IMG/VR virus record: IMGVR_UViG_3300023184_000171
Coordinates: 1 to 52,254 of that record
From: a virus
Taxonomy: Duplodnaviria > Caudoviricetes
Strand: one strand, 5' to 3'
Length of the DNA stretch: 52,254 nucleotides
Made by a program: the position numbers and the translations under genes. Below, one piece after another: positions 33,973 through 42,577 of this stretch; the first letter of the stretch is position 1; each line of letters starts with the position of its first letter. Under the pieces are notes generated by a model, which searched no databases, had not been told where the DNA came from, and saw only the letters and a list, made by a program, of their open reading frames with translations.

Positions 33973-36900
33973 TGTCGCGGTATAGTTTAGCCGTATCTAT
34001 CTGCTCTTTGCGTAACTGGTCTATGCGGTTGCGCTTTTCGCGGGGCGAAAGATCAGAAGCTTTAACTTCAGTTATGGCATCGGTTGACTGTTTCATATCT
34101 TTTTTAAAGTCCCCGTAACTGGTGCCAATTGAAACCCGTTGCATATTAGCGTTGAGATACGCTTCGGCTTCAGCGGGGTTACCATCCGCGTACAGTTTGT
34201 TGTAGGTATTAACCGCCCGCTCACCGTCCTGCATCAACTCATAAGTGCGGTTGATGATACCGCCAGCGTCGTTTGGCTGAAACGCGCTACTAAAGAACGC
34301 AACTTGGGAAGCTTTCTTTTCAGCCTGTTGCACTTTAGGGCTTGCAATAAACGCATCAGCCAGTGACACAGCAGACAGCAACGTTTGTGCTCCAACGCCT
34401 TTTATAAATTGATCCACTTTAACTGGCGATACCCCCGGAATGCCCATGCTGCCAAGCACCTTTGCCAGTTCAGTTGTTGTATCTTTATACCGTTGCGCAG
34501 GGTCAAGGGACTGCATACGAGCAGACTCAACATCTGCGCCGGTAAACAAGTCTTTACCGGTTATGCTTTCAACAACCGGCACAAGGAATTGCGGTATGCC
34601 CTTGCTGGAACCGCCCGGAATCGCGTTAATACCCAACTGCACCAACGCTTGCGCAATGGGCGCTACGTCGCCATCTCCAGCTACAGAATTGTAAATGGCT
34701 TCCGGTACGGCTTTAGCCAGTAAACCGAACTCAAACGGAATTGGTATCTTAAGCGGTTCATCAAACCCCGGAACACGCACAAACCAGTTGTTAAGTTTTT
34801 GCTCCGGTGTGGCGTTCTTGTAGGCTTCGTCGTCTTCCATCGCCATCGCATACATAACCGTAAACGCAGCCATTGCCACAACCCGTTGCTTAAACTTTTC
34901 TTGAATCTTTAAGCGCTCGTTGTAAGGCATATTGCCCGTCATGGCTTTAACAAACACACTCAAGCCTTGTATCTGCGCGTTAAAGAACGGATACAACGTA
35001 TTGGCCCATTGCACCGAAGGGGATACACCGCGCCGATTAAAATCTGTAATTTCATTGGCGGCTACCCACGCCTCCATTTCGTTCAAACCCTGCTTGATGT
35101 AGCTGTTGTAAGCAGACAAACGCACACCGACATCAGCCTCCATGCTCTTGGCTTCAGCATACGCAAGCAATCCTGATATTGACTGCTTACCACTAACAAC
35201 ACCGCGCAAAACCGTAGACAGCGCTTCTTTGCTGCTTCCGGCAAGAACTTGCCCGCCCAGCAACCCTTGGCTTTCAAGCAACGCAGCTTCGCGGCTGGTG
35301 CCAGTCAACGATTTATATATGTTTTTAAAGGGGTCAACAATCGGTATAAAGTTAGCGCCACTGGTTCCCAGCGCAGAAAACGAATCTTTAACAACCTGCC
35401 GAAGCGGATACATCGGACTCAAAATAACAGCGCGGCGCAGGAACTGCGCAGGGAGGCCCATAAGTTCCAGCGCCTTGGGCATTGTAGTTTTAACGCCTTC
35501 CAGCCCTTTGACCAATAGCGTCGGCGGGATACCTTCAAACATCGTATCGTTTGTGTCTTTTACGCGCACCGCAATATCTTCGCCGTCTTTTCTAAAGCGA
35601 ATAACATTAGCGCCTTTATGCGCATCCGAAATTTTAAAGTCTTCTTTTTGTTCCCCGGTTTTTTTGTCTTTATATTTACGAGTTTCAAGCATGTTGAGCT
35701 TGCGCAGTGTATCCACAACACTACCCGTTGCAATGTTACGCAGCGCCATGTCTGTCAGCAGGTTTGTGTTCTGCACCGCGCTGGTAAAGATGTTACTGAT
35801 CGCAGTGTCACCACCCACCAAACCGTGCAAATGCGGTTGGTCTGTTAAATTTCCAACAATAATCGGACTTGATTCACTGCCCAAAATCAATTCAATTTCA
35901 CCGCTAGGGTTTTCCCGGTAGAAAGGAATGTAGTCTTTGGTAGCGCGAAGAGCATCAGCTTTTTCTTTAGAAAGTGCCCCCGCTTGTTCGGCAAAATCAA
36001 CCAGCCCTTTGTTGTATTCGTTGTATATACCCCGCGCTTTTTCAAATGCAGTATTAACTCTGGGCATTGCCGCAATCTCGCGCTCAAATTGTTGCAGCTT
36101 AGCCCCGGTCAATACTTGATTGCCGTTCTTGTCTTTACCAAAATTTAATTTATCAACGCCAATTTTCTCGTTCTTAACCCGCTGCGCTGCCATATACATG
36201 GTAAACATATCACCAGCATCTTTTTCAGCAAGACCTGATTCACCTATAGCTTTAAACACCTTAACAAGATTAGCGCCGTCCTTGTTCTTGGTTTCAACCA
36301 TCCAATACTTGTTAGCACCAGTGCCTTTTTGTTTGTATTCAAGAGCGCCGTTTGCCGCAACCAACCGCGTAAAGTTCATTATCTTGTCACGCGCACTCAA
36401 GTCATAACGCACTTGGGACGCTTCCAAGTCTGTTATCTTTTTGCCAGCAACGCCTTTTTTAAGCGCCGCCCAAACGGGCGCATACCGGTCTACAAACTGG
36501 GTCATGCCAGCCAAACCCATTACGTTGCCGCGTATCTCGTCAATCTTAGACCTGTCCTGCGCCACTACCGTGTGCATCATAGCCCACGATTCCGCGCTCA
36601 TACCTGCGGGGCGTGGGCCTTCCTTGCTTCTAAAAGCAATTGTGCCATCGGGGGATACGTAGGCACCCAGCCGCCCCGCTGCCAAGTTGCGTGACGACTC
36701 ACGGATCAACGCTTGGATTTCTTTAGCATCACGCTTTGCCATCTCCGACAGACCGGAGTTGCGGAAGTAACTACGCACCGCAGCAACCATGTCCCGCACA
36801 AAGGTCTTAACCTTCTCGGTAAAGGTGGGCGCAACACGACGCCCCTCGGCAGCGTGGGCAACCATCTCGCGCACAAGTGCCATTTTAATGGCTTCTCTAG

Positions 36901-39900
36901 AGTCTACTTCTTGCGTGGTTGTTTCTTGGGTTTGTGTTTCGGTCTGTTTATTTTGAAAATTTGCCAATTTTACAATGTCCGCAACAGCAACGTCGTATGC
37001 GCGTTTTAAATTAGCCGTTAATTTTTCTACGCCATGCGTTTTGATAGCATCTTCTATATATTCTTCAGCTACCCAATTTTCTCCTTGGTTATCCCACGCG
37101 TTGTAAATGTCTTCACCAGCAATAGCGTGTATTTTAGTATGTAAAATGTCATTAGCTTGTTTCTGTAAATTAGCTGGTATCACCGTAAGGACACTACTAA
37201 CCCATTTTTCACTGGCATCCCATACATCGTACATGTTATCAATAGCATTTTCTGGGGTAATACTGCTAAAAGCTTTTACCAAATTGGTAGGCATAACGGG
37301 CGTTGCCATAGCCGCTGCCGCGCCTTTCAGCAATTTTCTACGTGTCAAATCAACTTCTGGGCGGGTGTATCCCAACGCTGCCAGCGCGGTCTCAACGTCA
37401 GGGAACACGCCCAGCGCCGTAGCAACGTCTGCTACGTGCGCATCGCCCTGCTTGAACAGCCGGTCAACCAGCGCTTGCATACCGTCTTTACCAATGATGG
37501 TATCTACGCCGTAGTGCCCAATCAACTCGTGGGCAAACGTTTCTTCAAGGTCAGCAAGGGTCTTGTGCGCCTCGCCTATGATGACAACGGTGCCGTCAGG
37601 CATCACAGCGCCTTTGGCAGAAGTAACACCATCTTCAGCCATTGCATCGCGTAACGCTTGGGGGGCATCGGCCAATGTTGGGGCGTATACAACCTCTACC
37701 CCTTTGGGCAGGGCTTTCTTAATCCGCGCCGCCACGTCCGCTGCGGCTTTGGCGTCAACACCACGGTCTTGTTCCGTGGCTTCGCGGTAGTCTGTCTTAG
37801 TTTTACGACCAGTTTTAGAGGTGGTTACTTTTCCGGGAGTTTTTTCTTTGTCTGGAATACCAAAACGCATACGAGGAGGCACACCACGACCCGACACTTC
37901 ACGATCCCCAATTACTACGCCAGTGCGAATTACTTCTTGTAAATTTTTTTGGCTTTTTTCAGAACTTTGATACAACTCTAAATTTATATTGTTAGCTTCA
38001 GCGTCTTCTATAATTTTTAAAAGCTTGTTTCCCACCGCATCTTTTTTAGACTGCACATACGCCATGTTTGCCATGAACTGCTCAGACTGCTGTTTTTTAG
38101 CGGCAATCTTTTTAAGCGGCGCTAACTGTTTATCTATAGCTTCGTACGCAATCTTGGTTTTTCTATAATTGCTTGGCAGCAACGACAGCTTGCGTTCCAA
38201 AGCTTCGGCTTTAGATTTTTGCGTAGGAGTTTCAGAAACGGTTGAAACAACTTCACGAGAAACGTTTATGTGCAAACGCTCTTCAAGTCTTGCTATCTCA
38301 TCAAGGATAGCGCCGCGCCGGTTTTCAAGCTGTATTTTCTTAGGCGTATTTGTTTCTGCGCCAGCGTAGGGGTTTAGCTGTTCAGTATTCCCCGTAATGC
38401 CTACGGCTTTAGCTATTATACGAGCGCGACTACGCAAGTCTTTTATACGTTTTTCAATAGCCGCAATTTCTGTTCCCGGCAAACCCCCTTTAACTGGAAC
38501 TAGTTCAGAAACAAAAGTGCGAGTGCCGGTAACATAGGGGGCCAAATCTTTAGCAACGCTATCCGACAGGCCATCCTCAAAAACTTTGGTATTTTTTAAT
38601 ATGGTTTCTATGGTATTTTTATGCGCTTTGTATTTTTCAGTTGCCCGCGCTATTTCGCTTTCAGTTTTTAACTGTATTATGTATTTTTCTAAACGTGTTA
38701 ATAAAGCACGTTCTTGTGCTAGTTTTTTATTATTTTCAGCAATGAATTGAATATACTTTTGCCGCGCTTTTTCTTCAATGCTTTTAGCTTTTGCAACCTG
38801 CGTATCCGTCAATTTTACAAAAAACTTAGAATTTTTTACAGAGCCTATAGCTCGTTTTAAACTACGAAGCGATTTAGCTAAAGCAAAACCGCGTTTCGTA
38901 TTGGCGTTAATAAGAGCTTCAATTTCCATCCGCGTTTTAGACACTTGCCCACGCAGAATATCTATATCCTTAGATACTCTATTTTTTATTTCTTCTTGCA
39001 CTTCTATATTTTGTTTCAGTGTAAGGGCTTTTTCTTTTGCTTTACGTGCAGCTTCAAGTTTTGCCGCACGAGTCTCTTCCGCTTTTTGTTGTTTAAGATT
39101 AAAAGCTTTTTCTTTGCGCAATCTTTCAAATTGCGCAGGAGTTTCCCTAGAAACAGAAGTTAACTTGCTGGGAAACAGATTTTTTTGTTTAGAAGTATCT
39201 TCTAAAGCTTGCCGATTAAGCGCCAATGCATCTTGTAGCGCTTGGGCATCCACTTCCCTACCCATAACAACGCGATCCGCCAAATCCGTGGCTGCTTCAA
39301 TTGTTTGGGCAGTTCCACGGCCTTTTTCAAGCAACCCCTTTGCTTCCCGCATAGCTGCACGAACGCCGGGGGCCATTACCTGCTCACCTAAAGCGGCGGT
39401 TAATTTGTTGAGTGCGTACGAACTTCCTTCTGCACGAGATGTTTCAGCAGCTTCGCTTTGCGGGGCAAGCCCAAACGGAATTATTTTACTTTGGGGCCGT
39501 GCTTTTTTACCAACAAGGGCCTCTACAAAATAATCAATCCCGCGCTGTAATTTTGCTAACTCTCCGGTTCTTTTATCAGAAATTGTCATGCCGCGTTCAA
39601 TGGGGCCAGCAGCAACTTTTTGTTGCATTGCCGTAAGCGTTTTTGTTAATTGTGTAATCTCTAATTGCTTACGGCGTATGGCAATCGTTGCCTCCATATT
39701 AGGAGGCGCTTTACTAGCGGCCTCTTTCATGGCGGCAAGTTCATTTTTTAAACGCAGTAGTTTATCCCCAAGTTTAAAATACGCTTCTTTTAACGCCCCA
39801 TGCATTACGCTGCTGGCGGGTGGTTTACCTTTTTCCGCAAGGGCTTTAAATTTGGTATTTATTTGTGTAACTATTTTATTTTTTTGAACATCGGACAAGG

Positions 39901-42556
39901 CTGGTATCCCCGCCGCAGCACGACGCGCAGACACTTCGTTAACAACGGATTCTGCTATTTTGTTGCTTAATTGCGCCGCTTCAACTAGCTGTTGGTCGCG
40001 TATGTTTTTTGTATACCCCGCTTTAGCAACGGCGGCAGTTATTGTAGAGTCAGTTATTTCGCCCTTACGCAACGAATCAACTATGTTGCCAAGGTCAAAA
40101 AGCGCAGTTTTGCGCGTATCCGCGTAAGCATTAGCCTCTGATACATTCTTCCTAACAATATCTTCCGGTTCCGCGTCTGTTGTTGCAAGCGGGAAATTCT
40201 GTAACGCTGTTTCAGCTTCTGTTGCAACAGGCTGCGCGGCTTGTTTTGCCGCACGGCTAAGTTCTTTAAGCTCTTGCAACGTTGCTTCTATCCGCACAAA
40301 CCTTTTACCAGCGGGGGTAAGCTTGCCATTCTGCACAAGGTCTTTACTTGGGAATACCCTTTTACGAAACGCTTCCAACTTTTGAATGTGCGGATCAAGA
40401 ATTTTAAGGGCTTCTTCGGCTTGCTGCGCATTCGTTAAATCATAGGTAGTATTGGCCGGTATTTTTAAACCAAGCACATTTGCTACTTGAGGGGTTAGCT
40501 GTTTGCTATTAAGCGCCGTATCTACTTGTTGATACGTCCGGGCAGCGCCCACGGATACTTTTCCGTTACCAAGAAGAACGGTTTTAAGCGGGTTCTCAAG
40601 TAGCTGCTGCGCTTGTTGGGTGCCTTGTTCAAAGCCAAGAGCCTCTAACTGCTTAGCCAAACGGCTTTTGTATTCCGCCGTTCTTTCCGCAGCTATACCT
40701 GCTTCGGCTTCTGGCCCCGTCTTTTTTTGAAATGTTTCATAATTTTTTTCTATTTCTTGACGTTTTTTCTGAGCAGCCTGTTGCGTAGCTTGTTGGGCTT
40801 TTTGCTGCGCTTTTTGCTTCTGTTCCGTATCCCGTTCAGCCATTTCTTGTTGCCGTGTAGAAAGTATATCCGGCGTAAGTGTGGCGGGAGGCATAGGCGC
40901 AATGTATTCATCTTGCATCTGCGCAGCCATAGTATCTTGCGCTTGAGCTTGCTGCGGCAAGTTAAACAGGTCTGCTTGGGGGCCGGGAGCCACACCCGCC
41001 GCTTGCTGCATCTGTTGATCTTTTTGTGCTTGCAGCGCTTGTGTCTTTTGCATAAGCGCATCAGGGATAACCTGCTTCTTGCTCATGTAACGCTGCGTTG
41101 CGGCTTGCGCGGCTTTTAACTCGGAATCAACATCTAAGATTACGTTGCTAGCTTTAGCAGTTTTTATAAGTTCGCTTTGAGCCGCTTCAATTTTCTGCAA
41201 CTGCTGCAACGCCGCGTTATACGCAGGAACATTTTTCTGTTCTTGCGCGGCTTCCACTTCCGCATTTAGCCGGTCACCTTCAGCTTTTGTTTTACGATAC
41301 TCATCTTGCAGAGATGCTTCAGGCGTCTGGGTTTCGATGCCGGTAGGCAACGCTTGCCCTTGCAGGGGTGTATACGCACCGCCAGTCTCACCAAAGATAT
41401 CGGTCTGCGTCCCGCCATAAGCAGGTAACCCCTCCGTCTTTTTAGTCCCCGGTTGCGCAGGAGCCATTCCGGGCAACGCTTGAAATGCTTGTTGTTGCTG
41501 TTGCAGTGCTGCTTGCTGCTGTTGCAGTGCTGCTTGCTGCAACGCTTCTTTCTCGTCCCTAACTTGTTGAATTTCGCCAAGCCGATCACGCGCTGCGCTG
41601 CGGCGACTAGCACCGCCCACACCACCAAACACGGCGGCGGGGCCAGCAACACCCACCGCAGTGGCGATATACTCCTCCTGCGCACCTTTATCAAACAGGG
41701 GCAGCCCCGCTTGCCAACGCTCAAGCACTGCTTGCGCGGTTTCTGTTGGGATTTCTATAACTTCACCAGCCACAACCCCCCGCCCAACTGTTCCGGCGAG
41801 GCTACGCTTTGATGCTTCAACCAGTGCCAGTTCTGCTTTTTCAACACCCAGCTTTGGTAACGCGCTGGCAAAAAGTTTACCAACACCCAAGCGGCCTAAA
41901 ACAAAAGCAGTCTCAGCAACATCTAGCGCGGCAGCAGGGGCAGCGGCAGTGGCGGCTTTACCGTAATCAAGGGGCTTATTTTCTTTAGCTTTTTCTTGTT
42001 CCTCCGCTTGGCGTTCGACGTACTGCCCAACAAACGCCGGATAGGACGCTGCCAACGCACCCAAAACCCCACCGCCAATCGTGCCTATCGGCCCCGCCAG
42101 TGACCCAATGCCAGCGCCTGCACGCGCCGCACCCATGACCGCGCCTATCTGGGGTAGAGACTCGCCCAACTGCCCACGCCACATATTCAGTAGAGAGCTT
42201 ACGCCGCCCTGTTCTTCTGGTTTTTCACCGCCAAACAAACCGTATTTTTCTTGAGCTTTTTGAACATCTTCCCAGCTTTTTGATTTTGCAATCTCGGAAC
42301 GTTTAGCTTGGGAGCGTTCAATACCTTTCTTAATTGCCTCATCAGAGAGGCCGAACAGCGGCGCAAATGTGGTTGAGTAGGCAGATTTGAGCGCTTCATA
42401 ACCTGACTTTGTGCTGGGTATAAGCCCTTCTTCGGCTTTTTTTACATCTGCGTATAGCTTGGGAAACTGGTCTTTGGCAAGTTTTATAGCATCATCATCA
42501 GACAAGCCGCTAGGAACTTCAACATACTTGCCAGATGGTGTTTGTAAATACGGCAT
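33953..42556 (-). CDS. Giant polyvalent virion/ejection protein (zincin-like metallopeptidase plus LPD38-like C-terminus)
   Basis: 2867 aa; N-terminal G/A-rich hydrophobic helices; coiled coils; AHELIGHYG; C-terminal PFFNAQIQG...NNWFV...KIPIPFEFG typical of LPD38. Confidence 0.8.
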   Translation of the reverse strand: MPYLQTPSGKYVEVPSGLSDDDAIKLAKDQFPKLYADVKKAEEGLIPSTKSGYEALKSAYSTTFAPLFGLSDEAIKKGIERSQAKRSEIAKSKSWEDVQKAQEKYGLFGGEKPEEQGGVSSLLNMWRGQLGESLPQIGAVMGAARAGAGIGSLAGPIGTIGGGVLGALAASYPAFVGQYVERQAEEQEKAKENKPLDYGKAATAAAPAAALDVAETAFVLGRLGVGKLFASALPKLGVEKAELALVEASKRSLAGTVGRGVVAGEVIEIPTETAQAVLERWQAGLPLFDKGAQEEYIATAVGVAGPAAVFGGVGGASRRSAARDRLGEIQQVRDEKEALQQAALQQQQAALQQQQQAFQALPGMAPAQPGTKKTEGLPAYGGTQTDIFGETGGAYTPLQGQALPTGIETQTPEASLQDEYRKTKAEGDRLNAEVEAAQEQKNVPAYNAALQQLQKIEAAQSELIKTAKASNVILDVDSELKAAQAATQRYMSKKQVIPDALMQKTQALQAQKDQQMQQAAGVAPGPQADLFNLPQQAQAQDTMAAQMQDEYIAPMPPATLTPDILSTRQQEMAERDTEQKQKAQQKAQQATQQAAQKKRQEIEKNYETFQKKTGPEAEAGIAAERTAEYKSRLAKQLEALGFEQGTQQAQQLLENPLKTVLLGNGKVSVGAARTYQQVDTALNSKQLTPQVANVLGLKIPANTTYDLTNAQQAEEALKILDPHIQKLEAFRKRVFPSKDLVQNGKLTPAGKRFVRIEATLQELKELSRAAKQAAQPVATEAETALQNFPLATTDAEPEDIVRKNVSEANAYADTRKTALFDLGNIVDSLRKGEITDSTITAAVAKAGYTKNIRDQQLVEAAQLSNKIAESVVNEVSARRAAAGIPALSDVQKNKIVTQINTKFKALAEKGKPPASSVMHGALKEAYFKLGDKLLRLKNELAAMKEAASKAPPNMEATIAIRRKQLEITQLTKTLTAMQQKVAAGPIERGMTISDKRTGELAKLQRGIDYFVEALVGKKARPQSKIIPFGLAPQSEAAETSRAEGSSYALNKLTAALGEQVMAPGVRAAMREAKGLLEKGRGTAQTIEAATDLADRVVMGREVDAQALQDALALNRQALEDTSKQKNLFPSKLTSVSRETPAQFERLRKEKAFNLKQQKAEETRAAKLEAARKAKEKALTLKQNIEVQEEIKNRVSKDIDILRGQVSKTRMEIEALINANTKRGFALAKSLRSLKRAIGSVKNSKFFVKLTDTQVAKAKSIEEKARQKYIQFIAENNKKLAQERALLTRLEKYIIQLKTESEIARATEKYKAHKNTIETILKNTKVFEDGLSDSVAKDLAPYVTGTRTFVSELVPVKGGLPGTEIAAIEKRIKDLRSRARIIAKAVGITGNTEQLNPYAGAETNTPKKIQLENRRGAILDEIARLEERLHINVSREVVSTVSETPTQKSKAEALERKLSLLPSNYRKTKIAYEAIDKQLAPLKKIAAKKQQSEQFMANMAYVQSKKDAVGNKLLKIIEDAEANNINLELYQSSEKSQKNLQEVIRTGVVIGDREVSGRGVPPRMRFGIPDKEKTPGKVTTSKTGRKTKTDYREATEQDRGVDAKAAADVAARIKKALPKGVEVVYAPTLADAPQALRDAMAEDGVTSAKGAVMPDGTVVIIGEAHKTLADLEETFAHELIGHYGVDTIIGKDGMQALVDRLFKQGDAHVADVATALGVFPDVETALAALGYTRPEVDLTRRKLLKGAAAAMATPVMPTNLVKAFSSITPENAIDNMYDVWDASEKWVSSVLTVIPANLQKQANDILHTKIHAIAGEDIYNAWDNQGENWVAEEYIEDAIKTHGVEKLTANLKRAYDVAVADIVKLANFQNKQTETQTQETTTQEVDSREAIKMALVREMVAHAAEGRRVAPTFTEKVKTFVRDMVAAVRSYFRNSGLSEMAKRDAKEIQALIRESSRNLAAGRLGAYVSPDGTIAFRSKEGPRPAGMSAESWAMMHTVVAQDRSKIDEIRGNVMGLAGMTQFVDRYAPVWAALKKGVAGKKITDLEASQVRYDLSARDKIMNFTRLVAANGALEYKQKGTGANKYWMVETKNKDGANLVKVFKAIGESGLAEKDAGDMFTMYMAAQRVKNEKIGVDKLNFGKDKNGNQVLTGAKLQQFEREIAAMPRVNTAFEKARGIYNEYNKGLVDFAEQAGALSKEKADALRATKDYIPFYRENPSGEIELILGSESSPIIVGNLTDQPHLHGLVGGDTAISNIFTSAVQNTNLLTDMALRNIATGSVVDTLRKLNMLETRKYKDKKTGEQKEDFKISDAHKGANVIRFRKDGEDIAVRVKDTNDTMFEGIPPTLLVKGLEGVKTTMPKALELMGLPAQFLRRAVILSPMYPLRQVVKDSFSALGTSGANFIPIVDPFKNIYKSLTGTSREAALLESQGLLGGQVLAGSSKEALSTVLRGVVSGKQSISGLLAYAEAKSMEADVGVRLSAYNSYIKQGLNEMEAWVAANEITDFNRRGVSPSVQWANTLYPFFNAQIQGLSVFVKAMTGNMPYNERLKIQEKFKQRVVAMAAFTVMYAMAMEDDEAYKNATPEQKLNNWFVRVPGFDEPLKIPIPFEFGLLAKAVPEAIYNSVAGDGDVAPIAQALVQLGINAIPGGSSKGIPQFLVPVVESITGKDLFTGADVESARMQSLDPAQRYKDTTTELAKVLGSMGIPGVSPVKVDQFIKGVGAQTLLSAVSLADAFIASPKVQQAEKKASQVAFFSSAFQPNDAGGIINRTYELMQDGERAVNTYNKLYADGNPAEAEAYLNANMQRVSIGTSYGDFKKDMKQSTDAITEVKASDLSPREKRNRIDQLRKEQIDTAKLYRDIIRKAA

Positions 42557-42577
42557 GGCGGCTCCAATCTTTTAAAG

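Noticed and set aside
41494-41543. 21-bp tandem duplication encoding AALQQQQ
   Set aside because: An in-frame low-complexity coding repeat with no sign of a separate function.
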